From Octopus vulgaris (lineage: Eukaryota), in contig OX597818.1 of the NCBI GenBank assembly GCA_951406725.2, positions 132,122,001 to 132,186,000 of the forward strand: DNA of 64,000 bases, read 5' to 3'. Positions 41,684 to 55,008 of the stretch are shown here, piece after piece. Below the pieces are notes generated by a model, which saw only the letters and a list, made by a program, of their open reading frames with translations, searched no databases and had not been told where the DNA came from. Position 1 is the stretch's first letter; each line of letters starts with the position of its first letter. A program made the translations under genes and the position numbers.

Positions 41684-44600
41684 ATAGCTATCTTTTTTAT
41701 AATGCCATAGATTTGTAAGGGAAGAGTATATTCAATGGAATTACTGGTACATATTTAACTATCTCTGGGGGAATGAAGAATAAACTGTCCTTGATAGAAT
41801 TTGAATTCAGAAATTAGGTTTTGGCATAATCAAGCACTGCAAGGCATTTAGTCCTGCATTCTTCCATTTCTGACACTCCACTTTCTTCATCATCATCACA
41901 ACAGCAGCAGTTGCAGTAGCACAAACAACAACATCAGCAAAAGGCATTAAATAGACTTCATTATTAAAAGTTAAAGCTCTAAAGTAATATTTTTGTTGTT
42001 TTATATTCTTAATTTTCTTCATGATTCTGTTTGTGATTTTTCTTGTCCAATTATAACTACTAGCATGGTGGAGGTAGATGAAAGTTATATGGAAAGCATT
42101 AAACCATATTAATTCTAACCATGATAGTCTTAATAGTTCTTTTTTGCCCCTCCTTACTCTCTTCTAAACTCACAGTTTGAATATTTTATAACAGAAGTTA
42201 AAGTTAACACCTCCTGTAAGTTTTTCTCATAAGAAATTCTACTCTTGAGGCTGGATGTACCTAAAACTCTTTGAAATATTCTGCCAACCTGAAGCCCAAA
42301 GCATGCTCAGCTAGAATAAAGTTTATATTGTTCCTAATTTAGCTTGTTAATTAAAAGCTAGATAGTCAAACTTGCTTTCTCTGCACCAGTATGATGTTGA
42401 ACTAATTAGGCCGTACTTTAAGTTTCTAATTAGAGGAAAAGATGAATAGTAACGTTTGACTTTCATAGTTCTTTAAATATGTTGTTCAAAAGCAAAGCAT
42501 TTCTTGTGTGTTCAAGTGGTTATCGGTCAATGTATGTGTTTTGATATTTATTTCCTTGTGATCAAATATTACAAATTTAGGATATAGGCGAAGATTGATG
42601 CCATTGCTTGATAAACTTTGTAATTTTAAGAGGCTTTTGATTGTCACATATACCAATGTCTGATCATGTGATGTTTGATTGGAATTTCATAATAGAGAAA
42701 CTAGAAATTAAATTGATTATCTGAGGGTTACCTAGATTTTATTTCTATATTATTTAATTCTTTTTTATTTGAGTAATATATACTTTGATTTACCATGTCT
42801 TTGGAGGTTTTATGTACACTATATTTCAACTGGTATATTTTCCAGTCATTTTTATGTGCCATGTTTTTAAATCATTTAAACACACACATGCATGTGTATG
42901 AATGCATCCTTGGGCTATTTGATAGAAACAATAATACATTGTATTAAATTTTAAAGGAACTAATTTCATTCTTCTATATTCTGAGTTCAAATCCTACTGG
43001 GGTTAACATCATTTTTATTGTATCCTTCCAGGATCAAACAGAATAATTACCTGTCATGTCCTTAGATTTATATCTGATTGGCTATATCTTTCCGCCATAG
43101 GTGTGTGACTATGCAATTATAAAATGATTATTTACAAATTTTAGAATTTGAATGCTTTTATCTTCTTGAAGTCAATCAGAAAATTTAGAGTTACTGAACA
43201 AAAGTTACGTAAAACAATCTACCAGAGAATGTTCTAATGTGATATCTTTGGAAAAATATCAAAAAACAGAAAAGGTGGTTGCAGATGGTGGTATCTGAAA
43301 TAAAAAGAATATGCTAAATGAACCTGATTTTCATTTTGGTTAAAGCAGTGCCTATGTTCCTGACTCTATAAGCAACTGTAAATAAAATCAAATAGGCGAC
43401 ATACAATACTTTTGCTACTACAACTGAAATATTTTAATTCTAACAGATATTCTTCTTTTGTGAATAGGTTTGATTTATAAAAAAAAAATTATAGTTACAG
43501 GAATCAAATATTTTGATTGAGAAAAAAATTGAGTTTAATATTTTTAAAATTTCACGTTTACATAAAATAGAAATAAGGAATTTTTATTATTTCTATAGAA
43601 GCCGAAGTGGATAATGCTCTGTTTGGAATCAAGGTTCTATCAAAAATTTTCTCACAAACCTAACAGAATATTCCCAGTACGGCTGAGGAGTACATACCTC
43701 AAGAGAGTGTTCTACAGATCAGATACAAGTATAGTAGGGCTGCATATATGCAATATAGTGAAGTGAAAAACTTTATTCAACAGAGATTATATAAAGAGTG
43801 TTTAAAATATAAAAATAAGCAAGAGAAATCCAGTAACATCACATTATTTGAAGTTTTGGAAGACAGAGACTCTACAGGATAGACTGGATTTTACTTTAGA
43901 CTAGCTAGCAAAATTAATGGGCATGTTTTGGTCTTATTAGACCTCTTCATTGAAGCATATTCTACTTAGTTGGAATATAGTCAATATATTTATATATATG
44001 TTTATCCAAATAGTTGGTTGCTTAAAACCTCTCTCTTAAGGTTCTTAGGATATGATAAGATCGGTTCATTGAAATTTAGGACAATACAAACAATGCAAAT
44101 TGGAGCAGAGGGTGATTTTAAAACCAGCTAGTGGTAGCAGTATTCATATTTTTCTCTTAGCAGAAAAATATTCTACTTGGCAAGTCTAAGAGTGATTAAA
44201 ATATGTATGGGAACATGAATATCAACAATATGGCTAGGAGAAAACACTTCAGAGGAGTGTTCTGCAATGCAAATACTGTAGGGTCTCACATATGTAATAT
44301 AGTGAGTTGAAAAACTTGTTTAGCAAATTACTAAATAAAGTAAGTTAATAATTAAAATAAAAATAAAAATACTAATAATATATATAAAAGAAATAGTTCA
44401 AGCTAATTGACTCTCAATTGCCATAATTGTTCTTCTATTGCCACATATTCCAAATAAGTAGGTAAATGAATTCACTTTCATCAGTATCAATTTTTACATC
44501 CATTTCCCATGCTGATTTTAGATGGGCCCGCTGTACAAGTTTTTCATTCACAATAATCTTATATCAATACTATCACTTTTACCTGTTGTATGACATACAG

Positions 44601-45164
44601 AAGTTTCATTGATACAGTTGGCTGTTACTTCAATTACATTATATCTCTTGAGGTCTTGGCTGAGGTTTCATTCAAATGGATGCTCTACCTGCAGCCAACC
44701 ACTGAGAGAGTCTAGTTTTGTCTAATGTGGCATCAAGATCAAAGCAGCTGTTTACATGCTTGCAAAACTGGAACTATCTCCTGTTCATATTAATTTCAGG
44801 TCATTTCTTATATCTATATTTTCCACTGGTTTTAAACAACAAAATTCAGCCTTTATATCTTTTAGAATTACCCTGGGATTAGTTATGAATAAATACACAT
44901 TTCAAATGATCAATCTTTATTTCTTAAGTGTTTTGAAGATGTGTTTCTTGAGGCTTTTAAATATACGACACCTATGCTGCCCTCAGAATGATCTACAGAC
45001 ACTGTAGAATACCTCTGGCCACAATGTTAATTCATGACAGATGCACTTGAGCTGAATAACTCACTCAGCCATTGTATCTTCTGTACAAAATTATCCATTT
45101 TTATTCAGATTATCATGTAAAGTCATTAATCTTACTCCCTGTCACTCTTTCTCTCATTCTCTTC

Positions 45165-45199
<35 letters not shown>

Positions 45200-45538
45200 C
45201 CTCTCTCCTGCTTTTTAGGTATATTCTATTTCTTTTAAGTGAATTTCAATATTACTCAATGCTATTTTTAATTATTTTCTCAATAAAAGCACAAAACGAA
45301 AATATTATATCTGTCTTTTCATATTTCTCAACATAAGGTTTAACATAAAGCTTTGTGCCTTTGTGGCCAAAATAACATTATCAGAACTGATTCATTAATT
45401 AAACTTTCTCCTCATTTCCTACACATGAACTTGTTTCACTCAAAATCATGTCTCAGTAACTTAGTTAAACCTTATACATTCTGTCATAATGTTTGTTTAT
45501 TTCATTCACTCATACATTTATTATTATCATTATTGTTA

Positions 45539-45603
<65 letters not shown>

Positions 45604-48238
45604 TAATTTATATATTTAATATTCTAAATAAATTTCATTTATTTATTTTTGCTTAACGCACTCAAGTAAGTTAGAATCGATTTTAATCCTTTATCATACA
45701 AGCAGTCAAATTTCCTCATTTCACATTCTGTTGATTTTGATGGATTTCTTTTTTAGTTTTTAAGTTTTCATATTTTTTAACTGCATTTAAAAAAATTCTT
45801 TTTTTATAGTGATTTATCTATTTTAGCATTTTATTTTATTTTTTTATGATTTTGGATCCAGTATGACTGCTTGTTAGAATCCAATATTGACATTTACTGG
45901 CAATGAATGGATGAATGAATGAGGATGAGGATGATGAGGATGATATTGATGATGATAATGATGATGATCTGATTATGATGATCAAAATTGGGATCATGAT
46001 TTTGATTGATAATGATAATAATGGTTATGGTAGTAGTAATGGAGATAGTAGTGGGGTGGGCCAATGTATTTCGGTAGATAAACATAGCATAATACTTAAA
46101 GAAAAAAGAAGGAAAGTTTTTATTCAGTTTCTGTAATTGCCATAAATGTTTCATGGCTAGCTATACATATGCATGTATGCATATCTAGGCATGTGTGTGT
46201 GGGGTATGTATCTGCATGTGTGCATGTGTGTGTGTGTGTGTGGTATTAAAATTGTATAAAACTGTATAAAAAATATAAAAGTGGCCACAGTGTAATAAAA
46301 TTAAAAGTATAATTTTTTTTCTTTTACGAAAATTGGTTTTCTTTAAAATCCATACTACCCTATATATAAGTTCGGGCCTTTTATCTAAATTGGCGAGTGC
46401 CATCGTCTTCTTGACTGCTTCTGTCCTGAGCTTCTATTTATGTACATGTGTGTATGTGATTTTCAACACTACCACCATTCACCACTTCTCTCTCTCTATC
46501 ATCTTCATTAATTTCTCTTTCTCTCATCTTCACTGCTGCTATTATTGTGTATGTATGTACCACTCTCTCTCTCTCTCTCTCTCACCTTTAACACTTTACT
46601 ATCTTTTTCATCTTCGACACTGCTACCTTTCTCTCTCATTTTCTTTTCAACACTGTCACTCACTGCATTTCTATGTGCATCTCTCTCCTACCTGTAATAC
46701 TGCCAACTCTCTCTCTCCATCTCTCTTGCTCTTTCTCCCTCTCATCTTTAACATTGCCAATAGTGTGTGTAGAGAGAGCATTTTTCTCCCACTTTTAAAC
46801 ACTACCAATACACTCCCTCTTTCCCCATCCCCCTCTCCTCTTCAACACTGCCAATATTCTCCCTTTTTTTCTCTTTAACACTGCTATTATTGTATTCATC
46901 TCTTCTTCAATGCTAACACTATTCCCCATGCCTCTGTCTCTCTCATATTCAACACTACTACTGTGATGCTCACCTATCCCCATTTCCTCCCATCAGCAAT
47001 ACTAACAGCCACTATTTTGTCATACTCTATAACTCTTTCTATTATTCTCTTTGTTTCTCCTCTTCTCCATCTATCTATACCTATCACTGTCTATTTCTCA
47101 CTCTCCCTTTCTCTCTCTCTCCTTTCTCCCTAGTCTTCAACAACACCACACTAACTCTCTATCCAGTTCTCACTTGCTCTTCCTTTCCCCCCTCTTATCT
47201 TCTACCTTAAAACTGACTGCCACTACACACTTACCCTCTTCCCCCCTTTCTCCTCCCTATATATCTATCTTCCTTTTCCCTACTGTTTCACTTATCCTCT
47301 TCCTTTTCTCTCCACCCCTCTCTCTATATTTCTCTGCCTGATTTCCCTTAAGTTGAAGCATTCAATTAAGTGTGCTGTGGTGGTGTATGGGATCAGTATT
47401 CAACTCAGTGTGCTGCACTTAACTTACATTTTAACTACCACTATCTACTTACAGTTCCTATTAAAGAATTCACCATGACTTTTCTCATTTTCTTCATTAG
47501 CAATACTGGAGTATTTTGTTATTTTGTTACTTTCTATTTAGTATTTGTTTTTGTAAGAAGGGTTTTGTTTATTTGTATAATTATATATTTATTCGTTTAT
47601 TTGATTTTTTTTTAAAAAACATCCCCTACACCTTTTTACTTAAATTTTACTTGATTCTGAATTCTCAAGTTTGTACCACACAACATCCACTCATTCTTTG
47701 CTTTTACATATTTTTGTTGCTGTTGTTGATTTTCTTTTTCTTCTTCTTCTTATCATCATCATCATCATTATCATCATCATCATTTAAAAATGACATTTTA
47801 AATATAATGCAAAAAAAAAAAAAAGAAAAAGAAAGAAATTCTAAGAACTCTGCTAAATAATAATGATAATTTCTAACATCATAAACTACAGCAGAACGAA
47901 CAATTTATAGCAAAGTCCAAAAATAAAAATCATTCAAATTCATTGAATAAAATAAAATCCTATCAGTATTAGTACTAATAGTAGTAATTGTGGTGGTGAT
48001 TGTTGTGATGAGTTGTTTTTTAACCAAGGTTTTTAACCCTACAACACAGTACAACTGTAGGATGTTTCTTAGGTATCTTATGTTGACATTCCTTTGTTTC
48101 ACTTTCATTTTTCTTTATGCTTCTAAAGTTTAATAATGCTCATTGTTAAACCACAGAAATAACAGCAAAAATACTAAATCATATACCCACAACTAGCTAC
48201 ATAAATACATATATCTGTGTATGTGTGTTTGTGTAAAG

Positions 48239-48300
<62 letters not shown>

Positions 48301-48650
48301 GTATGGCATTCAAAGCTTTATTAATAACAGATATGTGTGTGCGCGTGTGTGTGTATTTACATATATATTTACATATATGATGGAGGTGTGTTGGATTGTT
48401 GGTATGGCTGTTTTTGTAAATGTGGAATAGTATTATAACACATCCTTTTGATATATACATGTATATATACACACACATGCTCTAGAGTACACCTTCCAAT
48501 CATATGGTTTTAGTTTCTCTGTGTGTGTGTATTATTATGTATAGTTTCATGTATACATCATCACTATCTTCATCATCATCATTTAATGTCTATGTTCCAT
48601 GCTGGCATGGGTGAGATGGTGTATAATGAAGAACAAGTATTAAGTGGATG

Positions 48651-48714
<64 letters not shown>

Positions 48715-48739
48715 ATATTTCATCTTTATTTTTTGCCTC

Positions 48740-48934
48740 TTTCATTTATTAGACTGCAACCTTGCTGGGGTACCACTGTCAAGAATTTAGTCAAACAAAT
48801 CGACCTTAGTACTTATTTTGAAAATCTCATGATTACTCCATTGCTCTGTTTTAGCAAACTGCTAAGATACTGGGACATAAACAAATGAACACCAGTTGTT
48901 AAGTGGTTGTATTAGGATGTACACAAACACAAAG

Positions 48935-48990
<56 letters not shown>

Positions 48991-49142
48991 GCTTGGCTTC
49001 CACATAGTTTAATCTACTGAATTTACTCACAATGTATTGGTCAACCCAGGGCTATAGTAGATGTTTGTCCAAGGTACAGTGCAGTGGGACTGAACTTGAA
49101 ATCATATGGATGTAAAACAAGCTTCTTAACTACAAAACCATG
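48740..49142 (-). mobile_element. SINE family A, degraded
   Basis: tagtcaaacaaatcgacc..agtacttat, (CA)n(TA)n, gcagtgggactgaac head. Confidence 0.75.
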
Positions 49143-50317
49143 TCTCTATACATATATAAAGTAGGTATTATGAATGCAAAGTATCTATCTCTCCAGCAAA
49201 TTAAGTGGTGGACAGTTTTAATGCTGTTAGCTACTTAGAATTAGTAAAATCTTACACAAGCACAAACATATATAAACACATTCACATATATGTATGATAG
49301 GTACAGATGTGCGTGCGTGTGTGTGTGTGTATGCATATGCTTAAAAGTATATGTATCTGAGCAAATGTGTTTTATGGCTTAATGCCATAAAATACATTTA
49401 CACACAAACTCACTTGTGCAGCTAAGGCACTAATCGCTAAACTAGATAACAGCCAGAAACTTTATTAACTCTGCTGGGATGCATGACAAAATAACCAGTG
49501 TTGGCTACCAACCATCTGCGCCATCTCCCGAGCTATGGCTTGTATAATAAAAGAAGGTTTTTACTAGTGATTAAATCTTCCTGTTTTATCAAGGCGAGCA
49601 AGCTGAATAGCAACATTTTAAAGATAGCTGAATATTTCTTTTTTTGTTTTTTTTTTTTGTCACATTTTTTTTTTTAGTTTCATTCACTTGATATTGGTGG
49701 GGTGGATTTAAAAAAAAATAATGAAAGTAAGGTAAAAGTAGGATTTAGGACTTCGAAAATTATTATTTCAAATTCTAAAATGTTATCTCTAAATGTTCAA
49801 GTATATCCTGAAATGAAAGGTGGAGCTGGTGAAAGTGGTAGTGGTAGGAGTACTATTGGGCATAGCAGATAGGCTGCCATAAAATACAGTTTAGTCTTAC
49901 TTTAAGTTTTGTGTTTTTTTAACATTTTTTTTTTGGTTTTTCTGTAAATTAAATCTGTGATCTTTATATCAAATTTTATATTATTTGATATAATGGTTAT
50001 AAATTTTTCAGACCCTTTTCTTATTATCTTTCTATTCCCTTATTTTTTTCTTTTCTTATTATATGTTTCTGTTTTATTATCATCATCATCATCATTACCA
50101 CATCACCACACTTACTTTGATCAGAATGCAGGATACTGATTACTGATAGCAATCAGCATCTGTCATCTATGTTTCTACTACAGCATTGACTCCTGTAAGA
50201 ATCCCAACGCTTTCCTAACTCTTCATCATTTGCTTGTACCTAAGAATAAAGCCTGCAAGTGTCCATCACAGATTTCTGACCGCATGCCTTTTTTTATTTT
50301 ATCCATTTTCATTTACA

Positions 50318-50450
50318 TGTTTCAGTCATTTGACTGCAGCCATGCTGGAGCACCACCTTTAGTCGAACAAATTGACCCCAGGACTTATTCATTGTAAGCT
50401 TAGTACTTATTCGATTAGTCTCTTTTGCCGAACTGCTAAGTTATGGGGAT
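50318..50450 (-). mobile_element. SINE family A 3' fragment
   Basis: gtttcagtcatttgactgcagccatgctggagcaccacctttagtcgaac..., near-identical to 58358-58480. Confidence 0.8.
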
Positions 50451-50899
50451 TTAAGTGCTATATGTAAGTTATGAGAGATGTGAGTGCTACACAAGATGAC
50501 CAGAGTTGAAGAACATTATCTCTGAAGGAATTGCACACAAGAGAAGTGAGGATTCTGCAACTATTAGGAGAACAGTGTCTCTGAATGATTCTTCACCAAG
50601 AAAATACATGGCTTTGCAAACTAAGATGATGGCAACCCATCTAAAAGAACAGTAACTCAGAATAAAAAACTTCACAGAAGAGATGGCAGGTGACATGGTG
50701 AAATGGTACTGTAAATAGAACCAAAAAATTCAACAATAGACTAGAGAACATGGGAAGAATGTAGAAAATAATGTTAGTTAAATGTATGTAACCAAAAAGA
50801 AACTGAAAGAACGGTTCTGTGATATCAGGGACACAAGAAATAAAACAGAGTGTTCGTGTTAAATCAAGAAATAGCTGGGGGTATATGGAATGATAATGG

Positions 50900-51935
50900 T
50901 ACATGTGTTATGATGCAGAAACGAAAGGTGAACAGGAATCTTATTATGAGAGATTGTCAAATGAAGGGAATACCATTATGAAAAGATGCTGAAGGAGGAG
51001 AATGCATCAAGAAAACCAAACAGGGACCAGCTGCTATTGAAATTGACAACTATATGGTCATATTTATAATTAAGAATATAAGGGCAGGTAAAGCAACTGG
51101 ACACTCAGGAATAACCAGCAAGGTGCTGAAAATCACCAAGGTAGTGATCATAGATTAGTCACATAGTCTACCTGGTAATATAGGTAGGGAGGCGCAATGG
51201 CCCAGTGGTTAGGGCAGCAGACTCGCGGTCGTAGGATCGTGGTTTCGATTCCCAGACCGGGCATTGTGAGTGTTTATTGAGCGAAAACACCTAAAGCTCC
51301 ACGAGGCTCCAGCAGGGATGGTGGTGATCCCTGCTGTACTCTTTCACCACAACTTTCTCTCACTCTTACTTCCTGTTTCTGTTGTACCTTGTATTTCAAA
51401 GGGCCGGCCTTGTCACTCTCTGTGTCACGCTGAATATCCCCGAGAACTACGTTAAGGGTACACGTGTCTGTGGAGTGCTCAGCCACTTACACGTTAATTT
51501 CATGAGCAGGCTGTTCCGTTGATCGGATCAACCGGAACCCTCGTCGTCGTAACCGACGGAGTGCTTCCGTCCATCCAATATAGGTAGATGTGATACCAAA
51601 TGAGTATTATTGCAGTATCATCGACTACTGCTACAAGGCAAAGGGGACGCTCTACAGAAACACGGAATTGATGGATCAAGTTATGTAACAGGGGACATTA
51701 AATGTAGTATGCAAGAGAGCAGTTTACACTGGTACTGATATGGTATGCATATGAAAGATGACAGTTGCATCATGTAGAAGATGAAGACTAAGGAAGACAT
51801 GGGGAAAAAGTAATGAAAGCTAAGACTAAACTTCACGAAAGAGATATAAAAAAAAAAGATAAAACAACAGCAAATGCTAGAGAAAACATGGCCAGCTCAA
51901 GCAAACATGAACAAACAGATGTAAAATGATGATGA
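50900..51935 (+). pseudogene. Heavily decayed RTE-clade LINE relic
   Basis: Residual RT-like motifs KATGHSGIT (~51090), CYK.KGDAL (~51630), MDQVM, a GRPRKTW-like end (~51785) and a tail aagcaaacatgaacaaacagatgtaaaatgatgatg resembling the family E/F tail. 5' limit uncertain. Confidence 0.6.
51188..51576 (+). mobile_element. tRNA-derived SINE family D, full length, 11-bp TSD, nested in the LINE relic
   Basis: A box tggcccagtggt, B box ggtttcgattccc; TSD aatataggtag at 51177-87 and 51577-87. Confidence 0.92.
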
Positions 51936-52541
51936 CAATGAGATTTTCTATGTATTACATTCAGAGAAACATAAAGAGAAATTTGCGGCATTTTGTACCA
52001 TTAGATTACTTATTTATAGAGCAGGTTTCATGTCTATGTAAGAAACCATCATTACTCACCATTTTTCGTTTATGCTCTGTCCCTCTTCTTTCTCTGTCTC
52101 TCTGTATGTCTGTTTCTCTTTGTTGTTCTCTATTTATTTCTTTGTTTAACTGCAGTTATTCTCTCATCCATTAATGATTGAATAATGTTAAAATGTTAAA
52201 AGTTTGATAAAATGTCATTTTGCATGGTATAAAATATAAAAATTTTTTTTAAGAAAACAATAAAAATAACATTAAGTTAAAAAAAAACAACCCTGAAATA
52301 CATACAGTCCATCAAAACCATCAAACATCATCTTTAATAGATTTTGATTTCAAATTTCTCTTTTTAAAAAAAAAATATTCTGAAAATTCATGATAAATTC
52401 TAAAAAAAATATTGCATCGTTTCCCCTCCAAATAATAATTGTAAAAATACATTAAAAATTATACACGTGTGTTTGTGTGTTCAACATTCTTAAAAAGTAA
52501 AACTCATCTACATTGCTCAAGTAATAATAATGATGATGATG

Positions 52542-52574
<33 letters not shown>

Positions 52575-53408
52575 GATTAATAATCTCTCTCCTCACTTTT
52601 TCTTTCTTCAATGTGTTTGTGCATATTTATTTAACCATTTCCTCTTGCTTTTGTTTGTTCGAATTTTCTTTCTTTTGAAATAACAGTTTTCAAAAGAACA
52701 GCTGTTTAATTTCTAGACAGGTGTGCCTCTGGTGCTGATCTTGTCACCTATGTGTAGCTTTTACAATCTCTTTTCTGCCTTCAAGTCTTACAGCATTAAA
52801 AAGCCAGCTGTATCATAATCTGTAACATGTAATCTATGAAACATTGAACAAAAAGGCAATCTTGACTGACTGATTGACTAACCAAATACTACTCTCATAC
52901 TTCTTATACTATTGCTAACACTACTGCAACCCCAAAACTTACACACCACCACCACCACCATCCTGCTGCTAAATCTACTACTGTGCCTACTACTACTGTT
53001 ACTGCACTTAGCTGCTGTATTTGTGCATTGGCTTTGCTATATTATTTACAGCTGCTTGACCATTCTATAGTTCTCTCAGGCATACTTCACTGCTGATAAT
53101 GCAGTTTGGAACTCAGAATGACACAAGATCCAGCTTTGCTGGTTAATATGACCTGGAACACACTAAATAATATATAAACAATAAGCATCATCTTTTGCTG
53201 ATATTACTGCTCCCTTGTAATGAGCTTTTTATTTGAAAGCAATGTTTATTGTTCAGATACACCAGAAAGAAGAATAACAACAATAATGATAATAGGAATA
53301 ATCATAGATAATAATAATAATAATAATAATGATGATGATAATGATAATAATAGACAATGGTCTGTTTACCTTTGTGAGGAGATATGGCAATCCTTTTAAA
53401 ATATAATG

Positions 53409-53484
<76 letters not shown>

Positions 53485-53543
53485 TAATAATAATAATAAT
53501 AATAATAATTATGATAATATTAATAATAATAATAATAATTATC

Positions 53544-53880
53544 ATGAAAGAAAGAGAAAAAATTGATAAATATGGAGGCCTGAAAATTGAGATTGCCAAG
53601 ACATGGAAGCTACAAGAGTCAAGCATAAAGGTTGTCCCTGTTGTCATTGGAGCAGTGGGTTCAATACCACCCAACCTGAAAAAATATCTGGAAATGTTAG
53701 AAATACCCTACAGTTTAGGTGTATTGCAAAAACTGGCATTACTTGGAACTGCACACATATTGTGTAAAGTACTGTCAGTCAAAGGTCCTTGTAACTTGAC
53801 AGACAGTACAGACCCCCAGTAGATAGAATATCTTCAGTCAACAACATCACAATATTGCATACAGTGCAACATCTTAAATA
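53544..53880 (+). mobile_element. 5'-truncated RLE-type LINE (Dong/R4-like) 3' end within (TAA)n
   Basis: Frame reads KEREKIDKY..LKIEI..TW..IKVVPVVIGAVG..LQKLALLGTAHIL.KVL, the C-terminus of a restriction-like endonuclease ORF; flanked by (TAA)n on both sides. Confidence 0.8.
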
Positions 53881-54107
53881 AAAATAATAATAATAATGGT
53901 GATGAATGATGATTGCAATGGTAGTCATTTGCCTTGTTTAGGTATGAAGAAAATGCAACTTAATCAATTGATTACCTCATATGTAAACAAACATAAGTTT
54001 GTTTTTGAAGCATTAAAATGTATTGTTGAACAAGTAGAAAGATAAATTCTCATGGCTGGTTGCCGGCAAACTTTTCTGCTCTTAAAAGGATTTTATCCTT
54101 TATATAT

Positions 54108-54416
54108 CACCATAATCACTGTGACCAACCAGGTTATCAGATGTTGCAACACATCGCTGGTCACAATGCGCTTCACATTGTTTTAGCCTTTGAATGACGC
54201 CACCCCACTGGCTAAGCGAGCAGGCCAACAGAAGAAAGAGTAAGAGAAAGTTGTGGCGAAAGAGTACAGCAGGGATCGCCACCACCCCCTGCCGGAGCCT
54301 CGTGGAGCTTTAGGTGTTTTCGCTCAATAAACACTCACAACGCCCGGTCTGGGAATCAAAACCATGATCCTACGACCGCGAGTCCGCTGCCCTAACCACT
54401 GGGCCATTGCACCTCC
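54108..54416 (-). mobile_element. SINE with family D head and a different tail
   Basis: 54240-54416 is the reverse complement of 51188-51365; the tail is unrelated. TSD-like cctttatatat at 54097-54107 and 54417-54427. Confidence 0.88.
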
Positions 54417-54943
54417 CCTTTATATATATACTGTTCAGAATTGATCCCAATGTCTAACTTGTATTTATATTTGAACTCTCTCTCCAAAAGTTAAATGGAG
54501 AAACATTGTAGTCCTGTAATTCAATTGGTCAAAATGTTTGACACTTTTCAATAGAAATATTTTCTTTACATAGAATTTTTCTTTAAATGACAGAAATGCT
54601 TATGAGTATTTAATTTATACTTTTATGATATAGGCTCAAATCTTACAGAAGTTGATTATATATTTCATTCTTCCAAGATCAATAAAATAAGTGCCAGTCA
54701 TATACTGATATCAATGAAATCAACTATACACTTCACTACAAGTTTGAAGTGAGCTAGTACTAATACAAACAAATTATATTCCAAGTTCAAATTCTGAGGT
54801 CAATCTCGCCCCTCCTCCTTACAGGTTCAATTAAATAAACACCATTCAAATGCTGGATTCAATTTAATCAACTATATGCTTCCACCAATTTGGTGGCCTT
54901 GTGCCAGTGCAAGAAATTATTATTATTATTATTATTATTATCA

Positions 54944-55008
<65 letters not shown>

